From an uncultured virus (IMG/VR IMGVR_UViG_3300042451_000642) (lineage: Duplodnaviria > Heunggongvirae > Uroviricota > Caudoviricetes): a stretch of DNA of 64,000 nt. Made by a program: the position numbers and the translations under genes. Where the stretch lies: the IMG/VR virus record IMGVR_UViG_3300042451_000642; one strand, written 5' to 3'. Positions 19,788 through 29,515 of the stretch are shown piece after piece. Numbering within the stretch: the first letter of the stretch is position 1; each line of letters starts with the position of its first letter. The notes below the pieces were generated by a model. It did not search any database. It saw only the letters and a list, made by a program, of their open reading frames with translations, and had not been told where the DNA came from.

Positions 19788-20669
19788 TTATTTAGTATTA
19801 TTTATAAAATTAATTATACTTTGCCAAGCCTTATCTTCGTATAATTTATATACATTATCATTTTTTTGATTTTTTGTTCCTATTCGTTTTCTAGGGTGTA
19901 CTTGATTATGTCCTTTTAATCTAGTATTAATATGATATTGAGGTATTCCTTTTTTTGAAAAAAACATTTCTAAACAATAATCTTCTCGAGCAAAATGAAG
20001 ATCTAAAGGTAAAAATGGATATGGGAGATTCTGAGATAGTGCAGTCATATTCCCATCTATTTTTAATTTTTTTAATTTAATTACAGTCGGCTCAAATTGT
20101 TCATTAAATTTATTTAATTCATCTAATGTTATGTAATCTGCACAATTAAAAGGTTTAGGTGCTTGTTCTGGCCGGATAGGAGGACCATTTCTTGGAAATT
20201 GATGTATCCAAGGATGTTCAACCTCATCCCAAGTATTATCCCACATTTTTCTAGTTGCTAATGATAGAAAATGAGGTTCTTCTATAACAATATTTGATAA
20301 TAAATAAAAATAATCTTCAGGTACTAAACAATCACTTTCTCCCCATACAATATATTTGTAATCATATTCCGACCCGTATATATCTCTTCTCCAATCACCT
20401 ATATTATAAAATGGATCTGAATCTTTTTTAGTTATTATTTCGGATTTACTAATTAATGGATGTTGAAGGAAATGTTTAAACATTTTTTCAGGTTCAATTC
20501 CTTCTTCTGGTTTTTCTATATATGTTTGAGAATTTAAACATATTATAATATCTACATCTAATTCACTATGTATAATAGATTCTTGTAATGAATCTAATGT
20601 TTCTAAAATCATTTCAGATTCATACCACATTATATGTAATGTATATAAAATTTTACCCATATTATTCAT
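19788..20669 (-). CDS. Putative glycosyltransferase
   Basis: WGESDCL and RED motifs; cluster context. Confidence 0.45.
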   Translation of the reverse strand: MNNMGKILYTLHIMWYESEMILETLDSLQESIIHSELDVDIIICLNSQTYIEKPEEGIEPEKMFKHFLQHPLISKSEIITKKDSDPFYNIGDWRRDIYGSEYDYKYIVWGESDCLVPEDYFYLLSNIVIEEPHFLSLATRKMWDNTWDEVEHPWIHQFPRNGPPIRPEQAPKPFNCADYITLDELNKFNEQFEPTVIKLKKLKIDGNMTALSQNLPYPFLPLDLHFAREDYCLEMFFSKKGIPQYHINTRLKGHNQVHPRKRIGTKNQKNDNVYKLYEDKAWQSIINFINNTK

Positions 20670-21537
20670 ATTTTAAAATTTGTTCTATTCTTTCTTCAAG
20701 AGTATATTTTGGTTTATAAATTGAAAGCATTAACTTAGGATTACAAACTCTATAAGATACTCCTATGGGTTTATTTGTTAAATGTAATATACCATTTTTA
20801 GGTTTCCAATCAGATATATCAAACATTGTTTTAGCTAACTCATTAAATGAAGTTGATATACCACTTCCTAAGTTTAGTGCATCTACTTGAATATCATCAT
20901 TTACTACGGTCATTACCGCTTCAACAATATCTTCCATATGGATAAAATCTCTAACTTGATTCCCATCCCCCCAAATTTCAAAAGTATTAACTTTTCTTTT
21001 AATACGATTTATAAAGGAAGGAAATGGATAAGTTAAATCTTGGTCCGCTCCATAACCTGAAAATGGTCTAAAAACGTAAACTTTTGTTCCTTGTTCCCTA
21101 ACAAATTTAGCTAAATATTCTCCTGTTAATTTAGACCAGCCATAGGTATAATCAGGAAGTCTAATATCATCTAGATTAATATCAGATTCTTTTAAGTGAT
21201 ATTTTAATTCTGGTGTCTGTAAATGAATAGGGTAGGCTGCCGATGAACTAAAATATACTATTTTCGGTTGTTTTGTTTTTACAACCCAATTAAAAAATTC
21301 TGAATCGATTGATAAATCTGTTGCTACCGATAATGGTTCATTTTCAATTGTTTCTCTACCACCTACAATAGCTGCTAAATGAATAATTAAATCAAATTTT
21401 TCTACTGAGTGCTTAAAAAAATTTCTACAATCATTCCCTTCTTTTAAATCAATCCCTGTTATATCATGTTGATTTTTAAAGTATTTTAAAAAGGATCTAC
21501 CAACAAATCCTAAATGTCCCGTTATTAAAATTGTCAT
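20662..21537 (-). CDS. NAD-dependent epimerase/dehydratase
   Basis: TGHLGFVG, HLAAIVGG, YGWSK. Confidence 0.9.
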   Translation of the reverse strand: MTILITGHLGFVGRSFLKYFKNQHDITGIDLKEGNDCRNFFKHSVEKFDLIIHLAAIVGGRETIENEPLSVATDLSIDSEFFNWVVKTKQPKIVYFSSSAAYPIHLQTPELKYHLKESDINLDDIRLPDYTYGWSKLTGEYLAKFVREQGTKVYVFRPFSGYGADQDLTYPFPSFINRIKRKVNTFEIWGDGNQVRDFIHMEDIVEAVMTVVNDDIQVDALNLGSGISTSFNELAKTMFDISDWKPKNGILHLTNKPIGVSYRVCNPKLMLSIYKPKYTLEERIEQILKYE

Positions 21538-21540
21538 AAA

Positions 21541-22161
21541 TTAAATTGATTTGTAAAAATTATTTTGTTTTTCTTGACGTTCTATCGTCTTATGGTGTTC
21601 TATACAGTATTCTTCGTCTAAAGGTAATGATGAGAATTTTTGACCACCATAAACTTTCTCATGTACCTTACCATACCAACTCATTCCTTTCTTATATATT
21701 CTTCCTTGAGCATCCGGAAAATTTATCCATCCATTTTCATTAACTCCCCAACCCCACTTTTGAATATGTTCTTCGGTTATACCCTCCACAGTGTTAATCC
21801 TCGGTACAAAAATTAAATCAACATCTTTATTCATTTCCAATATTTGATGTAAATTTTTAACCATATACTCACTAATCATCTCATCTGCATCTAGTTGATA
21901 GATATAGTCACCTTTACAATAACCATTTAATATATTTTTAAAATCAGAGAAATTATTATTCCAATCGAAACATCTCCATGTTTGGACATTTGGAAATTTA
22001 TTATACGGTAATAAAAAATCTAATACTTCGGGATTACCATTTGTTTCATCATATAGAACTACAATTTCGTCTTGAGCTCTCTTGTGTTTCAGTAAGAAAG
22101 GTACTAATCTCTTTATCTCCTCCAATTCCTTGCAAACTGTTATTGCAAAACTTATCTTCAT
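21541..22161 (-). CDS. Glycosyltransferase family 2
   Basis: ISFAITVC, LDADE, WYGKVHE. Confidence 0.8.
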   Translation of the reverse strand: MKISFAITVCKELEEIKRLVPFLLKHKRAQDEIVVLYDETNGNPEVLDFLLPYNKFPNVQTWRCFDWNNNFSDFKNILNGYCKGDYIYQLDADEMISEYMVKNLHQILEMNKDVDLIFVPRINTVEGITEEHIQKWGWGVNENGWINFPDAQGRIYKKGMSWYGKVHEKVYGGQKFSSLPLDEEYCIEHHKTIERQEKQNNFYKSI

Positions 22162-22248
22162 ATTTCTTTTTATTTTCATTTATTGTTAATTCCTCACATT
22201 TCCAACACCACTCTCTATCATCCGTGTCCCAACTATGTCTTTCACATT

Positions 22249-22497
22249 TCATGCTCTATTTTCCCCCATTCTTAACCAATGGTTTAAATAATCAAAACCA
22301 TGATTACCACCGCCGTTTATACTTCTTGTTATTACATTAATAATTTCTTCATCAATACCTCTGGCAATTTCTTCTGACATCATTCTAGTTAATTCAGCCT
22401 CAGCATCTATACCATAATGCTCATGTTCTTGTGCTGACCACGTTGCGGTTAACGTACTTCTAATTACCCCGTGAAAAAATTTAAAATTCTTAACCAT
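22249..22497 (-). CDS. 82-aa protein: FKFFxG leader plus a segment resembling T4-type major capsid protein
   Basis: MVKNFKFFHG...LTATWS..HYGIDAEAELTRMMSEEIARGIDEEII. Confidence 0.6.
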   Translation of the reverse strand: MVKNFKFFHGVIRSTLTATWSAQEHEHYGIDAEAELTRMMSEEIARGIDEEIINVITRSINGGGNHGFDYLNHWLRMGENRA

Positions 22498-22726
22498 TTT
22501 GTATCTCCCTTGCAAATAATTTAAACTCTTTATCATTGTCGGTGAACAACATACTGGTATCTGAAGTTGGACTTAATCGAATTGAACATTCATTTGGTCC
22601 TGTTGCAAATACAATAGGTTCATTGTTTCCGAACTGAAAACAAAACTCAACATTCTCTGGTGTAAATGTATGTGGTTGAAAAAGAAGTGTTGGTGTTTCA
22701 TCACCTTTGAAAAATTTGAAGTTCAT
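22490..22726 (-). CDS. Small hypothetical protein (FKFFxG leader)
   Basis: Paralogous to 22729..23004 (QF.N.EP..F.T, FTD, FKLFAR). Confidence 0.65.
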   Translation of the reverse strand: MNFKFFKGDETPTLLFQPHTFTPENVEFCFQFGNNEPIVFATGPNECSIRLSPTSDTSMLFTDNDKEFKLFAREIQNG

Positions 22727-22728
22727 TA

Positions 22729-23004
22729 CTATTTTTTTGGTCTAGCAAATAATTTAAATGTTTTACCTGATGTCGGGTCGGTAAACTTAATATAACCCTC
22801 GTTAGTATTTTGTATCCTAATAATAACCTCAGGTGATTCTACGGTTTCATCTGCAGTTGTGAATAATTGAGGTTCGTCATTATCAAATTGAATCATCCAT
22901 TCACAGGGCATATATGTTTCAATTTTTGGTTTATCGTCAACCGTTAATTTATCAATAACCGATTGTAATAATTCCTCCTTTATTTTTTTTCTACCTCTTG
23001 CCAT
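22729..23004 (-). CDS. Small hypothetical protein
   Basis: Paralogue of 22490..22726. Confidence 0.65.
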   Translation of the reverse strand: MARGRKKIKEELLQSVIDKLTVDDKPKIETYMPCEWMIQFDNDEPQLFTTADETVESPEVIIRIQNTNEGYIKFTDPTSGKTFKLFARPKK

Positions 23005-23005
23005 A

Positions 23006-24253
23006 TTATTTAATTTTTGTTAATTTAGGTAAAATTAGTTTTTGTTCTTTTGGTTGTATTGAGAATGGATTGATGATGTCTTTAAACTTCTCTTTCATTT
23101 TTTCCATTGAGAATTTTTCTTTATTCTCATCACCCAACATCATAGACTTTTCTAAAAACTTATCATAGTCTTTGTAAACCAATTTAAAAACTTCAGTCAC
23201 TTCGTTGTAATTTGCGGTAAACCATTTAGAATCTTTTAATATGAAAGTATCGACTGCACTTTCGTGAACCTCAGTTAATTTTCCACCAATCATAATTGCT
23301 TTATCCATCGGTAAGAAATCCTTATGTCCCGACCAGTTTGATGCAATCACAGGTTTACCCGTCATCGTAAATTCTAATAAAGGTCTACCAAACCCTTCAC
23401 CTTTTGTAATCGTAACCATTGATTTAACTTTAGGATGATTATATAAATTATTCATCTCATCATTAGTTAAATCACCAAACAACAAATAGATTGATGGTGG
23501 ATTTTTATAATCACTCACTAACCCTTCTATCTTCTTTCTAAAACTTTCTCTTTCTTTAATTGAGAACGATGCGGATGATGTTTTAAGTATAAGTGCGGGT
23601 CTATCTTCAACATCCTTAAATGCTTCAGCGAAACATCTAATCAACATACCAACATCTTTTCTATCTTGACCTGTGTCACCCTTTAACCAATGACCAACAA
23701 ACAAGTAAGCAAAATCTTCTTTGATGTCAATGTCAATGTTGTTATAAACGTTGTTGTATATTTTGGTATCAACACCTTCGAATAGTACTTCTATCTGTCT
23801 TTCGATTTTGTGTTGTTTGATTAACTTACCCGTGTTTTGTTCATTCTCATTATAAACTGTTTGTAACAAAACATCTTTTGAAAAAGTGGACGTTGTAACA
23901 ATTAAATCCATTCTATTACAACCATCAATCCAATCCTTAGGTGCAATAGTTGTTTCAATACCAGCAGTAATCCCGATATTAAATTTACCAACTCTTTGGA
24001 ATTCATTTGGAACAGTTACTTGAACGTAAATGTCTGGAGTCTTTTCTAATTGATTGATAATATTAGACTCAATCCATTTATGAAATAAATTATCTTCCAA
24101 TGCCGTCATCGGGGTTGAACCCCACATACAACTATCAATCTTGATTTCAAACAAATCCATTTCATAAAGTGCTTGTAACAAATCTCTTGAGTGTGCACCG
24201 TATCCACTTCTTGTTTTAACTGGTCCTCTAAATAATAAAAATGGTTTATTCAT
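23006..24253 (-). CDS. Glycosyltransferase family 4
   Basis: SGYG, RKDVG, KGEGFGRPLLE. Confidence 0.85.
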   Translation of the reverse strand: MNKPFLLFRGPVKTRSGYGAHSRDLLQALYEMDLFEIKIDSCMWGSTPMTALEDNLFHKWIESNIINQLEKTPDIYVQVTVPNEFQRVGKFNIGITAGIETTIAPKDWIDGCNRMDLIVTTSTFSKDVLLQTVYNENEQNTGKLIKQHKIERQIEVLFEGVDTKIYNNVYNNIDIDIKEDFAYLFVGHWLKGDTGQDRKDVGMLIRCFAEAFKDVEDRPALILKTSSASFSIKERESFRKKIEGLVSDYKNPPSIYLLFGDLTNDEMNNLYNHPKVKSMVTITKGEGFGRPLLEFTMTGKPVIASNWSGHKDFLPMDKAIMIGGKLTEVHESAVDTFILKDSKWFTANYNEVTEVFKLVYKDYDKFLEKSMMLGDENKEKFSMEKMKEKFKDIINPFSIQPKEQKLILPKLTKIK

Positions 24254-24254
24254 A

Positions 24255-25613
24255 TTATATAATCTTGTATAAATTAAATTTACTTCTTGGTTTAAAATTC
24301 TCTAAGGTTTGTTCGATACCCTCAATCATTTTATCACACATTATTTTATTTGATAGATTGTTAATCATAAACTTTCTACCCTTTAATCCTTTTTCTTTTC
24401 TTTTCTTCTTACCAATTTTATACATTTCCATGATGGCATTTGCAACATCATTGTCATTAACTCTATCATCGAAGATATATGGTGTTGGTACCGAACCATT
24501 TAGATTAATTGCCGATGACCAAACAGGTTCAACCCAATCACCATGATTTATGTTGCCATGTACTTCTTTATTGTGAAGTGTACCTACATTAATGTAATCA
24601 TCTTCAGTATAATCAAATCCACATTGGTCTTGTAAACCACCAGTAACATTAACAATGATTGGCACACCTGCCATTAAACTCTCAGCAGTTGTTAATCCAA
24701 ATCCTTCATTGTTTGCAATGTTAATCGTACAATCAACACCATTGTAAATTTCATTTAATTTATCTTGTTCCAATTTTAAATTAGTGAACTTAACATCATA
24801 ATCTTTACAAACAGCATCAATTACCGCAGGCAAATCTGTACCATTTTCATCAACTGGATTTGTGTGCATTAGTAACAAACACTTATCTGCCTTTTCTTTT
24901 GGTAACATATCACAGAACAATCTAAATGAATAAATTACATCACTTGGTTGTTTCCTTCTAATGTTTCTGCTGTTGAAGAATAAAACAAAATCATATTTCT
25001 TATCACCATGAATTAAATTATTAATATCATCCGATATTCTATCCAATGGTTTAAATAAATCAGGATTAATGCCGTGAGGAACATAACTAATTTGCCAATC
25101 TTTCAATGGATTGAAAGTTACTTTATCGGTTCTCTTACCAACACGATGTACAATACCATACGTTTGTTTAGATATACAACCCAACCAATCGCAAGATTCA
25201 AAAACATCTCTATTATATTGTGGGTCTGGTAAATCATCCCATATATGATAAAATAATATTGGAGTGTGTTGTCTTATTTCGTGTTCCACATCGTACAACC
25301 ACTGCCAATAATGTGGGTCAGTAAAGTGTAAAATGGCGTCAGGTTTTTCTTCATCTATTAATTTACGAAGAATACCAACGTCACCATAACCATTATATGG
25401 AATAATTTTCAAATTAGCATCTTTAACACCAGTCCTTGTTCTAATATCGTCGTTAACATCAACAACTTTACCAAACTCTGGATGTTTAATTGCCGCACCT
25501 AATTGTACCCAATCATATTTGTGAATGGTACCCATCACAATTTCTTTCGACATTGTGGCAATACCACTTGTCATTCTTAAATCATCAGATAGTAATAATA
25601 TTTTTTTCTTCAT
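24255..25613 (-). CDS. Glycosyltransferase family 4
   Basis: VPHGI, RNIRRK, NEGFGLTTAESL. Confidence 0.85.
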   Translation of the reverse strand: MKKKILLLSDDLRMTSGIATMSKEIVMGTIHKYDWVQLGAAIKHPEFGKVVDVNDDIRTRTGVKDANLKIIPYNGYGDVGILRKLIDEEKPDAILHFTDPHYWQWLYDVEHEIRQHTPILFYHIWDDLPDPQYNRDVFESCDWLGCISKQTYGIVHRVGKRTDKVTFNPLKDWQISYVPHGINPDLFKPLDRISDDINNLIHGDKKYDFVLFFNSRNIRRKQPSDVIYSFRLFCDMLPKEKADKCLLLMHTNPVDENGTDLPAVIDAVCKDYDVKFTNLKLEQDKLNEIYNGVDCTINIANNEGFGLTTAESLMAGVPIIVNVTGGLQDQCGFDYTEDDYINVGTLHNKEVHGNINHGDWVEPVWSSAINLNGSVPTPYIFDDRVNDNDVANAIMEMYKIGKKKRKEKGLKGRKFMINNLSNKIMCDKMIEGIEQTLENFKPRSKFNLYKII

Positions 25614-25614
25614 A

Positions 25615-25812
25615 TTAAAATTTGGATCCTGTTGTTGCTAAACCATTATGGTTGTTTATTGAGTTTCTAAAGTTTTCATCTTTAGAATATAAATCTAAAG
25701 AACGATTTACTAATTTTTGTAGGTTCATTGAACCTTCAATTGATTTAATTTTAAACTTCCTGTAAACATCATCTAAAATGTTAACACTTGTTAATTTTGT
25801 TTCTGCTTTCAT
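25615..25812 (-). CDS. Small ribbon-helix-helix-like DNA-binding protein
   Basis: LTSVNI strand followed by two helices. Confidence 0.45.
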   Translation of the reverse strand: MKAETKLTSVNILDDVYRKFKIKSIEGSMNLQKLVNRSLDLYSKDENFRNSINNHNGLATTGSKF

Positions 25813-25851
25813 ATTGTTTTATATATATTCTTATATACTGAAATGATTAAA

Positions 25852-25877
25852 AAATATCGTCAATTAAGACGATATTT
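25852..25877 (-). terminator. Intrinsic terminator
   Basis: AAATATCGTC-AATTAA-GACGATATTT with an A-run on its left. Confidence 0.55.
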
Positions 25878-25902
25878 CATTTAATCGTTAGTATAAACGA
25901 TA

Positions 25903-26067
25903 TTATTGATTATTTAAACGGTCAATAATTACATCAACCCCCGTTTGATTTGTTGTCGGTGCGGGTGCCGGTTGTGTGACAACAGGTGTTCCCGTTTCGG
26001 TTAATGTTATGTTCGTCGGTTGAACAGGTTGTGAGTCAGATTTGTTTTTTTTACATCCGCAGGCCAT
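25903..26067 (-). CDS. 54-aa MACGCKK protein (below the ORF track cut-off)
   Basis: MACGCKKNKSDSQPVQP...DRLNNQ*; TATTTATA upstream and a terminator downstream. Confidence 0.7.
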   Translation of the reverse strand: MACGCKKNKSDSQPVQPTNITLTETGTPVVTQPAPAPTTNQTGVDVIIDRLNNQ

Positions 26068-26154
26068 GGTATTCTTTTTTTATAAATATTTTGGTTTATT
26101 GTTTTTTATTTCCTATATTTTACTAAAGTATACAAAAAAAATATTAAAAAACAA

Positions 26155-26868
26155 ATGGAAAAAGACTTTAAACCCGTAAAAAGTGTTTACAACAGTAACT
26201 ACGATGCGATTAAAAACATTATGTTCCTCTATAATATCGAAAGATTCGATTTAGATTGTACATATTCAAAAGGTAATTTTTGGAAAGATTTACCCTCACC
26301 GGTTAATAAATCTGACATTTATCCTGTTAACGATACGGTTGTGGAATGTAGTTCAGAAAACTTATCGTTTGCGGACGGAACCATGAAAAGTATTATGTTT
26401 GACCCACCTTTTGTTATTGCTGGTAAATCCTATCGTGATAATAAAGATGGTAGTTCAATCATTGCAAAGAGATTTGAGGGTTATGAGTCATATAACCACC
26501 TAAAAAACCACTATTATAATACATTGAAGGAATTGTACCGAGTTTGTGAGAAAGGCGGTTATGTGGTCTTTAAATGTCAAGACACGGTATCCGGAGGTAA
26601 GAATCATTTTTCTCACGTTATGGTTATGAATATGGCACAGGAATTAGGATTCTATCCGAGAGACTTGTTTATCCTTACATCAAACGTCCGTATTAATAGT
26701 TTTGGTACTAAGTGGACCAAACAAGAACATGCACGTAAATATCATTCGTATTTTTGGGTGTTTGAAAAGGTTAAACCAAGAGTAAAATATGATAGTCCTA
26801 TCGAACAGGATTCTGAGGAGAACCAAGATACATTGCAACACGATCACCCACTTTCCAACCATCAGTAG
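26155..26868 (+). CDS. DNA amino-methyltransferase (N6A/N4C type)
   Basis: DCTYSKG, FDPPF, KELYRV..GG..VFKCQD. Confidence 0.75.
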   Translation: MEKDFKPVKSVYNSNYDAIKNIMFLYNIERFDLDCTYSKGNFWKDLPSPVNKSDIYPVNDTVVECSSENLSFADGTMKSIMFDPPFVIAGKSYRDNKDGSSIIAKRFEGYESYNHLKNHYYNTLKELYRVCEKGGYVVFKCQDTVSGGKNHFSHVMVMNMAQELGFYPRDLFILTSNVRINSFGTKWTKQEHARKYHSYFWVFEKVKPRVKYDSPIEQDSEENQDTLQHDHPLSNHQ

Positions 26869-27163
26869 TTCCTGCAGGAAATTCTATTACGTGATCACCA
26901 ATACCGGTGTAACGAGGTAGAGTCATCCTATGTGAATCTTCAACAGGACAATTGGAATGAATACGATTGATACGGTTGTTAAGTACAAAGACAATATCAA
27001 GTGGGATTAGACAATTCTTCATCCAAAATGAATGATGACCTTTTCCCATTTTAAAAACCATACAACCGTCTAACGACTTTCTACCCATCATACCACGACT
27101 TATGTCCTCTGGTTGGGATAGATATTCAGCATTGAAAGTTTTGTTGTTAATGTGAACTGACAT
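26798..27163 (-). CDS. DUF192-family protein
   Basis: RGMMGR, FWMKNCLIPLDIVF, VIEFPAG. Confidence 0.85.
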   Translation of the reverse strand: MSVHINNKTFNAEYLSQPEDISRGMMGRKSLDGCMVFKMGKGHHSFWMKNCLIPLDIVFVLNNRINRIHSNCPVEDSHRMTLPRYTGIGDHVIEFPAGTTDGWKVGDRVAMYLGSPQNPVR

Positions 27164-27174
27164 ACCTATAATTA

Positions 27175-27206
27175 TTTGGAATTACCAAAAGAATTTTATA
27201 TATTTG
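27175..27206 (+). promoter_or_regulatory. Bacteroidota sigmaA-type promoter (-33 TTTG / -7 TAnnTTTG)
   Basis: TTTG-N20-TATATTTG; ATG 4 nt downstream. Confidence 0.7.
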
Positions 27207-27210
27207 ACAC

Positions 27211-27417
27211 ATGGAAAGAATATTCGGAGGTTTAATTGAATTTGACAACATAGATGAGTTCGACCAATTCGTATACGATATTGATAAAGAATCTGCATTG
27301 ACAATAATAGGAAAGGCATTAGATTTCTGTAATCAAAATAGAATGTTTAACTTAATGGAAGCCAATACGTTATATAAATGTTTAAATAAATTAAAAGAAA
27401 ATGAAAATAAAGATTAA
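27211..27417 (+). CDS. Hypothetical protein
   Basis: ORF directly after a promoter motif. Confidence 0.65.
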   Translation: MERIFGGLIEFDNIDEFDQFVYDIDKESALTIIGKALDFCNQNRMFNLMEANTLYKCLNKLKENENKD

Positions 27418-27577
27418 AGAAATCATCTATATAATGATGATATTAACGGGTATACTAGTTCAGAAGTATGGACTTAAAGGTACAGACCCCGAGTTAGTGA
27501 AGTATTTTGGATGGGGAATAATCAGTTTGGGGTCCCTTAACATCGTATTGGATTATTTTAGAAAGCCCAAAAAATAA
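27401..27577 (+). CDS. Small membrane protein (58 aa, not in track)
   Basis: MKIKIKEIIYIMMILTGILVQ...; overlaps both neighbouring genes. Confidence 0.55.
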   Translation: MKIKIKEIIYIMMILTGILVQKYGLKGTDPELVKYFGWGIISLGSLNIVLDYFRKPKK

Positions 27578-27885
27578 TGAAAAATTATTTACTAATTTTA
27601 TTCTTTCAAATTATGTTCAATATCTTCAAAGTGTTGGAGATAAAATATACATATGAAAATAAACTTAAAGCGTTGTTATTCAATAGTGTTTTCATAAATT
27701 TAATGGCTTTAGGTTCGGCATATTATTCATTAGATGGTATGTTTAAAGGTGATTTTTACGGAATTATTTTTTATATTTTAGGTAGTGTCATTGGTAAATG
27801 GATTGCAATGACTCAGTATGAAAATTATCGTTCTAAAATTTATTCATTGTTTAATAAAAAGGAAGATGAAAAAGAAATATTATAA
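27577..27885 (+). CDS. Small membrane protein
   Basis: Three hydrophobic segments. Confidence 0.6.
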   Translation: MKNYLLILFFQIMFNIFKVLEIKYTYENKLKALLFNSVFINLMALGSAYYSLDGMFKGDFYGIIFYILGSVIGKWIAMTQYENYRSKIYSLFNKKEDEKEIL

Positions 27886-28054
27886 AGATTTTTTTATCTA
27901 TAAGAAGAAACATCATTGGTATATTTTACCGGCGTTTATATTTTACTATGATAAAGATGAATACTTAGAAGATGGTAAAACATCACCATCTTGGGGATTG
28001 ACTATTAGATGGTTACAATATATGATTGGGGTTCAGATACAAAAAATTTATTAA
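27866..28054 (+). CDS. Hypothetical protein
   Basis: MKKKYYKDFF start; fills the operon. Confidence 0.5.
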   Translation: MKKKYYKDFFIYKKKHHWYILPAFIFYYDKDEYLEDGKTSPSWGLTIRWLQYMIGVQIQKIY

Positions 28055-28055
28055 C

Positions 28056-28424
28056 ATGGAAAATAAAGATAGGAGTATATTGATGATGGGGGTAATTGTG
28101 TCCTTGTTTGGTGCAATGGTTTCATTAATGTATTTTAATGATAAACCAACGCCCGTTGTGACGACAAACATATGTAAGGAAGATTCGTTACAAAACGTAA
28201 TTAACGAATTACAAATGGATTTGAAAATGCAATCAGATGGATTTGATTCTAAAGAAAGAAGATATGAAGATATTTTATTTGAATATGAATATGGTCTTGA
28301 CCATTTAAAAAATTATCAACCACACGCATATAGAGAGTTTCACCGAATTCTATCTCATAAAGAAAATTTCACCAGACAAGACGAACAAGAAAATATAAAA
28401 AGGTTGGAGACACCAAAATGGTAA
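28056..28424 (+). CDS. Membrane-anchored coiled-coil protein
   Basis: N-terminal TM helix followed by DSLQ coil; similar in plan to 34641..34934. Confidence 0.6.
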   Translation: MENKDRSILMMGVIVSLFGAMVSLMYFNDKPTPVVTTNICKEDSLQNVINELQMDLKMQSDGFDSKERRYEDILFEYEYGLDHLKNYQPHAYREFHRILSHKENFTRQDEQENIKRLETPKW

Positions 28425-29515
28425 ACATGAATAGATTAGATAAAAGATATCAAGATTTATTACAAGATATTTTAGATAATGGAGTCGTAAAAACGGACAG
28501 AACAGGTACTGGAACCATTTCAGTATTTGGTAGACAAATTAAACATAAGATGTCACAAGGATTCCCATTACTAACCACAAAGAAAATCGCGTGGAATACA
28601 ATGGTAACGGAGTTGTTATGGTTTCTTAAAGGAGACACTAACATCAAATACCTTGTCGATAATGGATGTAATATTTGGAATGGTGATGCGTATAAGAATT
28701 ATCAAAATGTAACCCAAATAGAGACCGCCTTAAATAAGGCCATGAACAATCATCCGCATTATAACCTATCAAAAGAAGATTTTATTGATAAGATAAAAAC
28801 TAATGATGAGTTCGCAAAACAATGGGGTGAGTTAGGACCAGTCTATGGTAAACAATGGAGAGATTGGAATGGTTTTGACCAAATTCAAAACCTGATTGAT
28901 GAACTAAAAACAAATCCTGATAGTAGAAGATTAATGGTTAGTGCTTGGAATGTAGGTGAGTTAGACCATATGGTACTTCCTCCTTGTCATTACGGATTTC
29001 AAGTTTACACAAGGAAGTTAACAGGTGAAGAGATGTGGGTTTTATTAAAGAAAAAAGTAGGAGAAGAAAAGTTCCAATCAATGGTTGATGACATCGTTCC
29101 TTTTGGTGGCGGATTAAGTGAAGAATTAGAATCTTATAAGATACCCAAACGAGCAATATCATTAATGTGGAATCAAAGATCTATTGACACATTCTTAGGT
29201 TTACCCTTCAATATTGCCTCTTATGGGTTATTATTGGAAATATTAGGAATGGAAGTTAATATGGTACCAGAAGATTTAATTGGTAACTTAGGAGATGTTC
29301 ATTTGTATTCTAATCATTTAGAACATGCCAAAGAACAAATCAATAGAGAACCATTTAAAAACTTACCCGTATTAAAGTTTAGTCCAATACTCCTGACACA
29401 TTTCGAACACCACATGGAAACTTTCGATAAATTTATAAGAAATAGTTATCCACATCAATTCATTATTGAAGGGTACGAATGTCATCCAACCATAAAAGCT
29501 CCGTTAAGTAATTAA
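28418..29515 (+). CDS. thyA: Thymidylate synthase
   Basis: DRTGTGT, FPLLTTK, GPVYGKQWR, SRR, LPPCH, QRSID.FLGLPFN, HLYSNH. Confidence 0.97.
   Translation: MVNMNRLDKRYQDLLQDILDNGVVKTDRTGTGTISVFGRQIKHKMSQGFPLLTTKKIAWNTMVTELLWFLKGDTNIKYLVDNGCNIWNGDAYKNYQNVTQIETALNKAMNNHPHYNLSKEDFIDKIKTNDEFAKQWGELGPVYGKQWRDWNGFDQIQNLIDELKTNPDSRRLMVSAWNVGELDHMVLPPCHYGFQVYTRKLTGEEMWVLLKKKVGEEKFQSMVDDIVPFGGGLSEELESYKIPKRAISLMWNQRSIDTFLGLPFNIASYGLLLEILGMEVNMVPEDLIGNLGDVHLYSNHLEHAKEQINREPFKNLPVLKFSPILLTHFEHHMETFDKFIRNSYPHQFIIEGYECHPTIKAPLSN

Noticed and set aside
22049..22252. 67-aa Cys/Trp-rich ORF
   Set aside because: About half overlaps the GT2 gene out of frame; it may be a real microgene but cannot be supported from sequence alone.
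28418..29515. Intron or intein in thyA
   Set aside because: The ORF is continuous; the extra length comes from two short in-frame insertions without splicing motifs.
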